The translations under genes were made by a program, and so were the position numbers. A stretch of DNA of 63,790 bases, filler included, from Octopus bimaculoides (Eukaryota): the NCBI RefSeq assembly GCF_001194135.2. It is 4 parts of 4 records of this genome, joined end to end, with 100 filler letters (N's around TTAATTAATTAA, not from the genome) between each part and the next. Parts side by side here need not be neighbours in the genome. Positions count along the whole stretch, not along the records: positions 1 to 29,267 come from NC_069000.1; positions 29,368 to 46,995 come from NC_068982.1; 2 more parts are not named here. One strand, written 5' to 3'. Each line of letters opens with the position of its first letter. Position 1 is the first letter of the stretch. Shown piece by piece: positions 26,303 through 39,039 of the stretch. The notes under the pieces are model-generated. The model did not search any database. It was given only the letters and a program-made list of their open reading frames with translations, and was not told the DNA's origin.

Positions 26303-26400
26303 CTATCGTTGCCATCGCAATCGTCGTCATAACCATCGTCGACATCATCGACACCTTCATAAACATCACTTCAAGCACCGCCATTATTATCATCTTCATA
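26033..26400. repeat. (CAT)n-based degenerate trinucleotide tract
   Basis: Directly visible; source of the poly-His/Ile/Met ORFs. Confidence 0.9.
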
Positions 26401-26797
26401 TACTGTATTGTGTTCCATAACTGTATATTTTTCGATCCAATGTTTTTACACTGCATCCATTTAAGCAGTTCTTTTATTACGCCATCTTCGTTTCCACCAT
26501 CAACAGAACTGGTAACTCAATTTCCTCTGTCAATTCCTATATAAGGACCACCACCCGTTCTGTTATTCACTCCCAGAAGGGTTCTCGAACGAAACGGAAT
26601 GCATCATGTTAGAAACACTATCCTGTTTTTAATAAGGTACACGCATTCATATTTACATATACATACATGCATGCATACATACATATGTGTGTGTGTGTGT
26701 ATGTATGCCTGTGTGCATATGTGCTTGTGTGTATATGTATGGATATATATACAAATGTGTATTGATATATGTGTGTATATGTTTCTGTTAATATGTG

Positions 26798-26849
<52 letters not shown>

Positions 26850-26901
26850 TATATATATCTATATGTTTTTCAGTGTGTCTACCTGTCTGTCTGTCTGTCT
26901 T

Positions 26902-26936
<35 letters not shown>

Positions 26937-27339
26937 CTCTATCTATCCATCTATCTACCTATCTATCTATCTATCTATCTATATGTATGTGAGCATGATA
27001 ATGAGTTTGTGGATATGCAGCACTAATGTAGATATCGATAAATATTTATGCATCAGTATTCTTACAAATGCTTCTAGTTTTCGTTCATTTTTCATTAAAT
27101 CTCTTAGTCTCTAGGAAATATTTTCAGTAGCATCTTTTCTGAAATCATCACTTTCTCTACAGCTGCCAGATATTGGTTGCACATTGGCTGCATTCTATGC
27201 AAGAAAGCACAGCAAACGATTTCATTGATTCAATTATTTGTACCAGCATCGTTCAAACACTACAGATGTGATATGCAATTTTTTATCATACGAATGTGAT
27301 AAATGTCCAATCTCAACAGAATTACACTTAAATATGGAT

Positions 27340-27930
27340 ACCTACCTACCTACCTACCTACCCACCTACCTACCTACCTACCTACTTACCTCCCTACCTT
27401 CCTACCTTCCTACCTACCTACTTACCTGCCTGCCTGCCTGCCTGCCTACCTACCTACCTACCTACCTNNNNNNNNNNNNNNNNNNNNNNNNNNNNNNNNN
27501 NNNNNNNNNNNNNNNNNNNNNNNNNNNNNNNNNNNNNNNNNNNNNNNNNNNNNNNNNNNNNNNNNNNNNNNNNNNNNNNNNNNNNNNNNNNNNNNNNNNN
27601 NNNNNNNNNNNNNNNNNNNNNNNNNNNNNNNNNNNNNNNNNNNNNNNNNNNNNNNNNNNNNNNNNNNNNNNNNNNNNNNNNNNNNNNNNNNNNNNNNNNN
27701 NNNNNNNNNNNNNNNNNNNNNNNNNNNNNNNNNNNNNNNNNNNNNNNNNNNNNNNNNNNNNNNNNNNNNNNNNNNNNNNNNNNNNNNNCTACCTACCTAC
27801 CTACCTACCTACCTACCCACCTACCTACCTACCTACCTCTACCTACCTACCTACCTACCTACCTACCCACCTACCTACCTACCTACCTCTACCTACCTAC
27901 CTACCTACCCACCTACCTACCTACGTCTAC
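27340..27930. repeat. (CTAC)n tetranucleotide microsatellite with gap
   Basis: Directly visible; source of the YLPT-repeat ORFs. Confidence 0.95.
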
Positions 27931-29267
27931 CTAGGAGACCTATAACTACAACGCTACTGGCATCATTCTAACTGTCTTAAATAGTCTCACTGCGACGCTT
28001 TATATAAGAGTCAAACATGCTTCATTTATCCGACCAATTCATGAAATATCGTCATGTTCTATAATCGGGTAACGACACCTCGGTCTCTAGCCTTTTCCGC
28101 TCCGAGGACCACTCAGTACACCTTACGGGATTTCGATTGTACATTGCACAACGGATATGCTAAATCCAGGATTTACGGAAAAGTGTTCTGAATTCACACT
28201 ATATCTGTTACATCATCGATATCAGTTCGTGTTCCATCTTCCCCTAGCTGCGTCTGTTATTCTACACGCAGACATACATCACGATCGACCACGTATGACA
28301 TAAAATATAGCATTATTTGTATCGAATGTGTTTAAAATGTCGAAGAGTCTGAATTGTTAGGACGATTGACAAAACACTATGCAGCATTTCGTTGCCATTA
28401 ATTAGGTGTCTATTAAATTCCACTCTGCATTTCATCATTTGGAGTCGCTGAGAACCCTGAGATCGATGTAACCGACTTGAAACTCCGCTAAACTCCCATA
28501 ATAAAAGGCTTTATTTGTATCACGTACGTAGACAAACACTGACATTGTTAATATGATATACATTTCTGAAGCTACATACCCATATACAGACACAAAAGCC
28601 TGTACATATAATAGCCTTAGACAAATATACGCGCAAGCACAGTCCCACACGTGCAATACACAGGGTAAACCACGGTCGAACACTCAATAGTTACATTTTA
28701 AAAAGCCTAACACCGCCATGCACATATGCACTCAATATAAAATATATAACGGACAAATCAATTCCTGCGTCTTCACGAATATACATACACACTCGTATAC
28801 ACACATACGCATACATACACTCTGACATGTTTATATAACATTCACAAACATACCGATAAATAGAACAACATTCATAAGGGCTACGCACTGACAGATCTTA
28901 ATATACGTCCACCTACACCTGTGCGTTCGTGTGTGTGGTTGAGCTTTCTGTAATATTCTCTACCTCATCTACACCTACTCATGTGTGTGTGTGCCTATAC
29001 ATCTGAACTCTTTCTCCCTCACTCTCTCTGTCTCTCTTTCTCCCCCTATCTCCCGAGGCACAACAAAATTCACTTCAGCATACGAATACAAATCTTGTAA
29101 ACCAAATGCAAGAACGAAGTGTGTGCATATATAATGGCGGACTGAATGTCACAAGGGTGTTAATGATTCATTTACGGGATTTTGAATTTACGATAACTCA
29201 TCACCACAAGCAGTATACATACGCATACATACATACATATATACATACATATATATATATATATATA

Positions 29268-29367
29268 NNNNNNNNNNNNNNNNNNNNNNNNNNNNNNNNN
29301 NNNNNNNNNNNTTAATTAATTAANNNNNNNNNNNNNNNNNNNNNNNNNNNNNNNNNNNNNNNNNNNN
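29268..29367. other. Artificial scaffold-join spacer
   Basis: Exactly 44 N + TTAATTAATTAA + 44 N, identical at three sites. Confidence 0.95.
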
Positions 29368-29713
29368 ACAACCACCACCACCGTTGCCACTACTACACCT
29401 CACCTCCTAGCCAAATTTCTTAATTACCGTTGTTTACTCGGCATTCACCGAAATGTTTGTCAATATTGCTAATTATTAATAAGATTTTCTCAATATCATT
29501 TCTGAACATAAAACCAATGGGATTAATTCCGAGGAAATATATCTATCTGTCTACCTGTTTATTTACGTACCTATCTTTCTACCTGTCTACCTATCCACCC
29601 ACCTCTCTGTCCCCTCTTTCTCTCTCTATCAATCTATCCGTCTATTTGTGTTTATGCATACATACACATACGCATATATGTGAGTATGTGTATGTATGCA
29701 CAGATATGTGTAT

Positions 29714-29789
<76 letters not shown>

Positions 29790-30061
29790 GTGTGTATGTA
29801 TATATACATATGTATATATATATATGTGTGTGTATGTTTATATATACATATATAAGTGTATTCGTACGTGTTACATTTATGTATGCATGTATATTCATAT
29901 ATAGATTGATAAAGACAAAGATACAGACACACATACGTATATGTACACACACATATATATGTGTATATACAATATATACAAAATACGTAAATGTATATGT
30001 GTGCATACACACACACACATATATGATATATATGTATATGTATGTCTGTCTGTATGTATGC

Positions 30062-30121
<60 letters not shown>

Positions 30122-30504
30122 GCATGTACTTACATGCACATGTACACAATTTCTTACAGGCAATGCCTTTCCCATACCAATTATACTCCGGACAAATTAC
30201 GATAATTTCCCGAAGGTGTTAATTAAAAAGCATTTCTTGAACATAAACACCACCATCATCCTCACCACTTCTACCACCACTGTCATAGCACTAGAAGCAT
30301 CAACATCACGGCCATGACCAGATCCCAGCGCCCTTAAATGGTTACTTAGGCTATTAGAAAGAGCAGCTAGATCTTTTTCAAGTAACTTTCGACACTTTGA
30401 GAAAGAACATATCAATGTAGAAAAGGGAAGATGGTCAATTTGGGATGCCCACTCCTGTATCTAAAACCGTGCAAAGAGTTTGGTGGGTGGGGAAGTAAAT
30501 AGCT

Positions 30505-30660
30505 GCAGCGCGGCTGTGCGGTTGAGAAGTTTGTTCCCCATACGTGTGGTTCGACTGCGCGCGCACATGGACGGGCAAGTGTCTTCTACTATAACCCGGG
30601 GCCGGCCAACGCTTTGTGATTGGATTTCATGAACGAAACTTGAAGGAAGCCCATTGCGTA
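30505..30660 (+). mobile_element. Head C (tRNA/CORE-like) SINE
   Basis: cggctgtgcggttgagaagtttgttcccca...gggcaagtgtcttctactataacccgggg...gaaacttgaaggaagcccat. Confidence 0.8.
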
Positions 30661-30856
30661 CATACATACATACATACATACATACATACATAATACATAC
30701 ATATATACATACATGNNNNNNNNNNNNNNNNNNNNNNNNNNNNNNNNNNNNNNNNNNNNNNNNNNNNNNNNNNNNNNNNNNNNNNNNNNNNNNNNNNNNN
30801 NNNNNNNNNNNNNNNNNNNNNNNNNNNNNNNNNNNNNNNNNNNNNTATACATATAT

Positions 30857-30960
30857 AAAAGAATAAGATAAAGAGACCAATGGCAAAGGTAGAATTATAT
30901 TTTATGTATACATAAAATATAATTCTACCTTTGCCATTGGTCTCTTTATCTTATTCTTTT
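30857..30960. repeat. Perfect 104-bp palindrome with no spacer
   Basis: 52-bp arm AAAAGAATAAGATAAAGAGACCAATGGCAAAGGTAGAATTATATTTTATGTA followed immediately by its exact reverse complement; centre 30908/30909. Confidence 0.95.
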
Positions 30961-31206
30961 TTATATATACACACGCTAATACACGACCCATGTTATAATC
31001 CCCACTCATGGTGCAACCACATCAGGGGCAAAACTAGTCGGTATACAGCACTTACTCGGTATTACCTGTATCTTTAGAGTTTGGTTGACTTCAATACCCT
31101 TCATAACCTTTATATATATATATATATCGTTAATGAATCATAAATCCGATAGGAAAGCACACTGTAAGTTATAGAGCAGTAGAGTGTTTAGAGACTGTTA
31201 GTTTTT

Positions 31207-31282
31207 GTCGGTCCATAGGGTTACCCAAGATTTCGCTAAGCGCTTTAAGGAGCTGAATCGCTAGGTAACCTTATGAACTGGC
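31207..31282. ncRNA. Fold-back hairpin carrying the 3' half of the 41.3-kb hammerhead (or a pre-miRNA-like stem)
   Basis: About 25-30 bp imperfect stem (CATAGGGTTACC/GGTAACCTTATG core); minus strand contains GAAATCTTGGGTAACCCTAT, 18/20 identical to GAAACCTTGGGTATCCCTAT at 41285-41266. Confidence 0.5.
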
Positions 31283-32546
31283 CATAACTAATATTTTCTA
31301 ACACATATATACATACATACAAATATATATATATTTGTGGGTTAGATTCAGCCTGAGGTTAGCTCATCATTTTTCGGTCGTTTGTTTATATTTAAAAATT
31401 GTCACTTTAAAATCGGAGAATAAATATCATTATGATATATATTATATACAGTTATTGTACAGTTATTATACTATGAGCCTTCCATAGTAGCTTTCTCTCT
31501 GTAACTTGCAAAGCCTTTCGGGTTTGTTTATAAAAATATTATTTATGTAGTTATATATATATATATATATATNNNNNNNNNNNNNNNNNNNNNNNNNNNN
31601 NNNNNNNNNNNNNNNNNNNNNNNNNNNNNNNNNNNNNNNNNNNNNNNNNNNNNNNNNNNNNNNNNNNNNNNNNNNNNNNNNNNNNNNNNNNNNNNNNNNN
31701 NNNNNNNNNNNNNNNNNNNNNNNNNNNNNNNNNNNNNNNNNNNNNNNNNNNNNNNNNNNNNNNNNNNNNNNNNNNNNNNNNNNNNNNNNNNNNNNNNNNN
31801 NNNNNNNNNNNNNNNNNNNNNNNNNNNNNNNNNNNNNNNNNNNNNNNNNNNNNNNNNNNNNNNNNNNNNNNNNNNNNNNNNNNNNNNNNNNNNNNNNNNN
31901 NNNNNNNNNNNNNNNNNNNNNNNNNNNNNNNNNNNNNNATATATATAAATAATAATAAAGGAGTTACGACGCAAAAACGTATAAATTCAAAAGAACATAT
32001 TTATCTTCTTCAATATATATTTCAGTATAAAGAATTCATTAAGATGCTTAAATCAAAATTTCTTTACACATCATTCAGGAACAGATATAACATCAGAAAA
32101 AATACATTCCGTTTAAAAACACAAACTGTTCATGGCGAAAAAATTTCACAATTACAAAAAACGAACAAAATTTTTAAAGTATATATGTATATATGATGAG
32201 GATTATGATGGTGATGTGACTGTCGATTCTTGCAAATCTAGCTAAATGCTCTAGAATTCGACTAATTGTACATATTCCCAGAACATCCGGAGGCTGATAG
32301 AATTATTGCCCCCCACCCCGTCCAGTAACGTCTTCATCTTTCACACCAACTCACCAAAGCCCTTTAGACTACATAAAATAATTGTAGAGACTTTATTTTC
32401 ACTAATTATTCAAAGAAGGTAGGGCAGCATCTGTGATCCCGACCCTCTTTTTGTCAGGGTCTTCCGGACTGGTGGAACGAAGGGAAGAATTTAACCCTTA
32501 AACTACAACAGAGTAAATCACATTAAAGGCACTCGATGTGTTTGCC

Positions 32547-32580
<34 letters not shown>

Positions 32581-32759
32581 CGTGCATGCTCGTGTGCATG
32601 TGTGCATGTGCGCACGCCTGTGTGTGTTCGAGTGAGTGCGTTAATATTTTTTTCATTTGATATTCCTGTAAATTCATAACAAAATGCTGGGCCATGAATT
32701 ACACCTCGCTTCTACAGATCTTTGTAGTATGCAGCAATATACCTAGAACCAGCAATTTC

Positions 32760-33250
32760 TCGCAGGGAGTATCAATGTTGTTTCTCGATTCATATACAAC
32801 CGACCCATACCTCATCAAAACTTACATATAATCGGGTAAGCAGATACCTTGCAAAATAAATATATAAGTAAATAAATAAGGTCCTTTAGCCGTTCTTCAA
32901 AGCATAACTACACAACTTTTGGAGCCGAGAAACCTGGCTCCAAAACAATAGACTTAAATTTGCAGCAACCAAATCTAGTATCCTTTCTCCCCAGCATTAT
33001 CAGAGAATATTAAATAAGTCAAGTCACCATACCAAACAACAGCAGCATACCACACACATAGAAGATAGAAATAATAGGAATTATATACAACATATCCATA
33101 ACTGGCAAAATACACGGATACAATATTTATTCTACACCAAACTTATTGAAGCAAAAAGTAATAATAAAGAATAAATAATAAACTAAAACCAAATCAGAGC
33201 ATTCGCAACACTCGGAGCTAAAGAAATTAAAACGATGCACAAAAATACTG
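32760..33250 (+). mobile_element. Highly degraded I/Jockey-group LINE RT fragment
   Basis: Frame ETWLQNNRLKFAATKSSILSP plus weak PQG-, IIGI- and RA-like remnants. Confidence 0.4.
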
Positions 33251-33424
33251 AAGATACTCACATGTACTCAGGGGTATTCAGGGGTACTATTACGTCACAG
33301 TAACATTAGTGTGTAAATAAAGCAATACATTAGATCGCTTTTGGATTTCTCTGAGGCCCCAATCTTCCTCTCAAAATATCACTCGTGTGTGTGTGTGTGT
33401 GTATGTGTGTTATGTATCTCCTCC

Positions 33425-33467
<43 letters not shown>

Positions 33468-33575
33468 ATATATATATATATATATGGGAGAATATACAAA
33501 TAATAACAACAGACGAGGACAGGTGGTGTAAATAACAAAAGTATATATTAGTATGACGCTCGGGAATACGGAAAG

Positions 33576-33612
33576 TCTTTGACGTTTCGAGCTACGCTCT
33601 TCAACAGAAAGA
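33576..33612 (-). ncRNA. Minimal type I hammerhead relic, family G
   Basis: Minus: TCTTT-CTGTTGA-A-GAGC(GTA)GCTC-GAAAC-GTC-AAAGA; stems I and II and the GUC site are intact, core A6 changed to U. Confidence 0.72.
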
Positions 33613-33905
33613 ATACGGAGACAAGGAGAAAAACACGGAGAAAAAAAATNNNNNNNNNNNNNNNNNNNNNNNNNNNNNNNNNNNNNNNNNNNNNNNNNNN
33701 NNNNNNNNNNNNNNNNNNNNNNNNNNNNNNNNNNNNNNNNNNNNNNNNNNNNNNNNNNNNNNNNNNNNNNNNNNNNNNNNNNNNNNNNNNNNNNNNNNNN
33801 NNNNNNNNNNNNNNNNNNNNNNNNNNNNNNNNNNNNNNNNNNNNNNNNNNNNNNNNNNNNNNNNNNNNNNNNNNNNNNNNNNNNNNNNNNNNNNNNNNNN
33901 NNNNN

Positions 33906-33936
<31 letters not shown>

Positions 33937-34019
33937 TATATATAGATATAGATATATCAAAAGGATGTGTTATAATATTATTCCACAGCCATATCAACAA
34001 TCCAAAATACCTCCATCAT

Positions 34020-34150
34020 CAGCTGATATCATTATGGTTTCGACACCTGGGCAGTCCTATTCAATCCGGCGATATCTATAACTCTTTAAGGCGGTGCTCT
34101 AGCATGGCCACAGTGAAATGACTGAACCATGTAAGAAGTGAAAGTAAAAG
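34020..34150 (-). mobile_element. Tail F SINE fragment
   Basis: aaggcggtgctctagcatggccacagtgaaatgactgaa at 34088-34126 reads as tail F in plus orientation; orientation of the upstream part is unclear. Confidence 0.45.
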
Positions 34151-34188
34151 TAAGGTATTTGTCTGGCATTCTAAAAGGTCCGCTAAAT

Positions 34189-34485
34189 CAGGGGCTTTCA
34201 AACTGTGGTCCGCGGACCACAGGGGGTCCGCAAGGACAAGACAGGTGGTCCGTGGACAGCAAATACTTTTTATGGGCAATTTGATTTTATGTATGTTTTT
34301 TAATCGAAATCTTTTAATTGACAATAAACTTATTTGTTAAATACTGTTAAATAAATAAATGTAAAAATATATGTTATTTTAAGCAAATATCTATGTATAA
34401 ATTTCATAAGCGTTTATAAGGGGGTCCCTAAGGTAAAGCCTGAAATATAAAGGGGTCCGCAAGTCAAAAAGTTTGAAAACCCCTG
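34189..34485. mobile_element. hAT (Buster/Charlie-type) MITE, 297 bp
   Basis: TIRs CAGGGGCTTTCAAACT / AGTTTGAAAACCCCTG (15/16); perfect 8-bp TSD CGCTAAAT (34181-34188, 34486-34493) with central TA. Confidence 0.95.
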
Positions 34486-34782
34486 CGCTAAATGACCACC
34501 TTAGAAATACCTAATATCTTTCTTCAACTAAGATCGTTTTTATTTCACTACTCTGAATTTATATTCGTGGAGATTGCAAATCAGATGACAGGCACCCAAA
34601 ATGCTAACTACCTTGCCTGAGATAGCCCATAGTACTATAACAAAAACTTCCTACTTTTAAGTGATCTAAGTTAAAACCTTTCATCAAAATTTCGTGTTGA
34701 TTTGTTTCAGACACTAGTTTAATAATGACAGTTACTTTACTAAATTCTTCATTATTTTCAAAAATCAATTAAAACAAAGTCA

Positions 34783-34818
<36 letters not shown>

Positions 34819-35349
34819 AAATGTGGTAACAAAAGTGTTATTTAATGTTTCGAGCATTAAATATTCAATATACTTTCACCAATGCAACTATTTATCGGAA
34901 ATATATAGCTTTTATATAATTCTCTTTCTCTGTAACAACAGGTATACACACATTAGATTGCTTACTTAACGATTTCATAGTTAAAACTTTGTGAACAGGG
35001 CGTTCTGCATACTAATTACACGTGTGGTAGGGTCTCACTATGTACAATATACTGAGTTGAAAACATTTCGATTACGTATGATTATTCACGCGACTATTAA
35101 ACAAAACCTCCTTTATTATCTTGCTTAATGTTTTTTAATATCTTTAGAGGAAGTCTTGTCAACTAATTGCACGCATAATCTCAATCGATAGAGCTATACA
35201 ATATTCTCTTCTACATCGCTATACAAAATACGTTAGAATCTCACTATATTATATATATATTTCCCACCTGATCCCCAAACCTACTCACCTGTTTGTTTTC
35301 CTTCAACCACTTTTTCTTATTCACTCACTTTATTTTTCTCCTATAGTTT

Positions 35350-35385
35350 TCTTCTGATGAAACACTAGCGTCTGAAACGTCAAGA
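35350..35385 (+). ncRNA. Minimal type I hammerhead relic, family G
   Basis: TCTT-CTGATGA-A-ACACTAGCGTCT-GAAAC-GTC-AAGA; core, GUC site and stem I intact, stem II decayed. Confidence 0.62.
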
Positions 35386-36009
35386 CTCTTTCTCTTCCTT
35401 TTAAGCGTTGACTACATTTGTCAAAACTTGTTCTCTTCTCTGTTGTCTTAATTTTGTATTCACTGATTTCATCACATGCACGCACAAACACACGCGCATA
35501 CATTCACTTACACACACACACATGCATATACATTTACATCTCAGTGAATTCGAGATATTCAAACTCAATAGGATATCTTTGTTCTAAAATACTGTCTCAA
35601 GGAGGCTAAGATAATAAATATAAGTTTTTCTGTTGTCTTTTTTACTGTGTTGTGTGTGTGTGCATGACAATGTTTATACTTTGGCACTTAAACAGATAAA
35701 TAGGAGTTTTTCATTCTTACAACTACATTGACCAATATTTCTACATTCTAGTAATAACAAATAGGACGACACTAAATGTTGATTTGGAAGGAAACAAATC
35801 AAATAGTTGAAATGAAAACATTGCAATACAGGAATTATTTGCAGCATTCAGGCATCAATTGACGTCTTCTTGAAGCATGAAAATATTGGAATCATTTCAG
35901 CATATTACATTTTACTAAATTACATTATCATGTAAAATACCCTACATTATATCACAAAACATGAGGCTACATTAAATTACACTACTCTGAAAACATCAAT
36001 GGCACCATC

Positions 36010-36420
36010 ACGTTTCCAACAAAGAGCTGCATGCGCACATGCATCGGCTTTCAGCCTCTGACCTCATAGCTGTCCGCTGCTTGCGCCCGTACGGACATGT
36101 CCTCCACCTCTCACCAGATAATTTTACCAGGGCCTTACTCTCACTCAACGCTGCAGCTGCGGACTGGAAGAGGCTCCGTGGCAGGCCTAGCACCAGACGG
36201 CTGGACGTGCTTAAGAAAGATTCTCCAGAGGCTCGACGTCATTTTAGAGTATGGCACGGGACCGCCAGAGGGGCTGGCACGGGACCACCAGTGGTGAGGA
36301 ATACTGGTGGACCTGGTCGATTCTACGCACGATGACACTTCTGGGATCACCAAGGTGAGATGATCCCATCCCCATCAAGCAAGAGCATGAAGCAAACAAG
36401 AAGTAAACGAGCAAGCTCAC
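36010..36420 (+). mobile_element. 5'-truncated RTE-clade LINE (ORF2 C-terminus + 3' end)
   Basis: YGHVLHLSPDNFTRALLSLNAAAADWKRLRGRPSTRRLDVLKKD resembles the RTE W.GHV.R...W.R..GRP..RW.D motif; AAGC-like tail. Confidence 0.8.
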
Positions 36421-36493
36421 TGTATTATATTACATTATATTAAATTACACTTCACTACCTATTATTTCACACAATATTAAATTACATCTTAAA

Positions 36494-36625
36494 GCGGCGA
36501 GCTGGCAGAAACGTTAGCGCGACGGTCGAATTCCTTCGTGGTATTTAGTCTGTTTTTACGTTCTGAGTTCAAAGTCCGCCGAGGTCGACTTTACCTTTTT
36601 TTATCCTTTCGGACTTTACCTTTTA
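36494..36625 (+). mobile_element. SINE family B, 3'-truncated
   Basis: gcggcgagctggcagaaacgttagc...gttctgagttcaaagtccgccgaggtcgactttacc. Confidence 0.85.
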
Positions 36626-36627
36626 TC

Positions 36628-37372
36628 CTCTTCTGTTTCCTTGCAATAACTTATTCAAATCATTTGATTTTGTGAATATATCACAAAGAAAAAATACATC
36701 GCACCTTGCAGCCATCAATGAAGCGGATAGTGGAGTATCTTCAAAGAAAGATATGATTATAAAACAGTTGAACAAAGTATAAAACACAGTTTCCTTTTGA
36801 CAACCACCGCACTTCGGTATGGTATAAGAGTTTAGTATGGTCCTCATCATTTCTCAAAGTTGACGGTAAACTCGATCAGATAAGGGACTGGGCTTCAATT
36901 TGTTCACAGTCTTGATAACTAACTTTAGCGCATCATTCAATCTATCGTGCATATTTTTTTCCACTAAATGCTGCCGGTGTGCCAAGAAATGAACAGTTAG
37001 TATCTGGTGGGAAATTTCACGCTTTAGGAGAGATGAAAAACCTCTGTATCTTCCTATCATCGAAGGGGCTCCATCAGACGCACAGGCAAGAATATTACTG
37101 AGTGGGATATTATGTTCAAAAAGGAAAGATTTGAGAGTGTGAAAAATAGTCGCACCTTTTGAATCAAGCGGCAATTTCTCTGTGAACAGCATTTCTTCAT
37201 AAGGTTGAAAGTCTTCACTGAAATACCGAACATATACCATCATCAAACATTGATTGTCCACAACATTTGACTCATTCACTTGTATAGAAGATTTAGAACG
37301 CTGGAGAATATTAATGAGCTGATGTTTGACATCGTTGGCCATTTCATCGATGCGTCGAGAAATTGTCTTCAT
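36628..37372 (-). pseudogene. hAT Buster/Charlie-family transposase relic (SCAND3/ZBED5/FAM200-like)
   Basis: KTISRRIDEMA...YVRYF...EEMLF...IPLSNILACASDGAPSMIGRYRGF...VHFLAHRQHL, then LLYHTEVRWLSKGN and CDIFTKSNDLNKLLQG across frameshifts. Confidence 0.92.
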
Positions 37373-37374
37373 AT

Positions 37375-38560
37375 TTTAAAGAAGTCTTAGGCCAACAGGT
37401 TTTACTCAATGGATGTTCCACCGACGTTACCGTTGCTGGCATCGTGAGAAAAGTTCGGGGTGATTCACAAAGACTCGGAATAATGTTTTCCAATTTATGG
37501 TTGTCTATTTTTGTTATAGGCTTCCTGTCGATTAATTGATTAGAAGATCCTTCGCTATTTAGCACTGTGCAATGTTATAAAATGACACGCAATTAGCTAG
37601 TAAAAATATTTTCTGATGAAAACAGCTATTGCCAGAGGAATGAAAAAAATACCTGAAATTTTCTTTGCCATTTCAAATCTTGTTAGACCCCCAGTAACAG
37701 AATTGTCAATTACGTGGGAAAGAAATCACAGATGTTCGAAATAATGGTTCTGAATATGTATCACAATCCTTGACCTGTATTTTTTTTAATGACAAGACTG
37801 CTTCCTGTCGAGATTTCTGTTGTTTCTTTCATTTAAATATAGCTTGATTTCAATTTCCAAACTAATTACAGCATTGCTGAACAGCAGCATCTCTTGCTTG
37901 TAATACCATGTGCAGATTTATTGCAGATAGTACTGTCAGCAAAAATGTCGAACCAGATGGATGAGGTAATTGTGCATCTAAAAGGGGACGAGTTACTTCA
38001 TTTCTAGTTTTTGGCTTCAAACTAAGTTTCAGAACATCCTGCATTGCCAATTTGATATCTAGAGATCTTGCAAATGATTTCACTCAATCGATGTGGTTGA
38101 CCACTGAGTAATTTATATACGATGCAATGATTAACAGCTTCTGTGTATTAGGAGAATTTTGCCATCTTTTTGGACTTCAAGGAAAAATATTACATATACT
38201 ACAAATTCAATATATGACATTATTATGTATAGCCTTTGTAGTCCCATATAGTTGGCTGCCAATATTGGCACCATTATCATATCTTCGAAGAGAAAACCAT
38301 TTTTATTCAATGTTTCCTTTGTCAAGTTTACGATCTCAGAACCTGTTTCTAACACCAATCTTCAAAAGATAGAAATCTCTCACCAGTGTTAACCTCACAA
38401 TCTATACTTTGGAGGTAACGAATGATAAATGTTGTCTGTTCGACAATCAAGTGTTGCATCAGCTGCTATTGAATAGTATTTTATCTTTGATCTTTGTATC
38501 TGTTTCAAAACGAGAATGGAGCAAAGAGAAATAAATTCATTTTGTGATTCAGTTGACAAA
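37375..38560 (-). pseudogene. Second hAT transposase relic (ZMYM1/THAP12-like type)
   Basis: Broken frames give SQNEFI, KYYSIAADAT, TG.EIVNL.K, YDNGAN, YMGLQ, VLSAINL..LQ and the C-terminal dimerisation motif IIPSLCESPRTFLTMPATVTSVEHPLSK (cf. FPN...LRIFLT.PVTVAS.ERSFSK). Confidence 0.8.
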
Positions 38561-39039
38561 TAATGTGTTTTCAACCTTTTCTCTTTCCCTCGCTCCCCAC
38601 CCCATCCCCGATATAGGATTCAAGTACTTTTCCAACACGTTTTTTTTTTACTCAACCAGCATCCCAATGAGTCAAAAGTTCAAGCAACCCAAGAAATTTA
38701 TATTTGTGGACATTGCAAATTAGATGACAGGCACCCGGAATGCTAACTTTCTATCACCCACAAATAAAATATCTGTTAAACGGTGTAAAATATTAGGTTA
38801 ACCATATCTGCTACAATTTGTTTACATAGCAAATATTCCATGCATGTGTTTGAATGAATCCTTTGTTCAAGTTCTTTCTATGATACATAGTTCAATTCAT
38901 ACTAGTTATCACATCCTCGCTCAAAAATTATGTCATATAATCTTCTCCATAGACCAGTAGACATTTCATTCATCGTTGTTGTAACTCATAGTTTAACTCC
39001 GTTATTTCCGAAGAGTCAGCGTGGCAAAGAAAATATTAC

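Noticed and set aside
34561-38748. About 48-bp direct repeat at 34561 and 38701 flanking the hAT/RTE cluster
   Set aside because: Too short and diverged for LTRs, with no TSD; more likely two fragments of another dispersed repeat.
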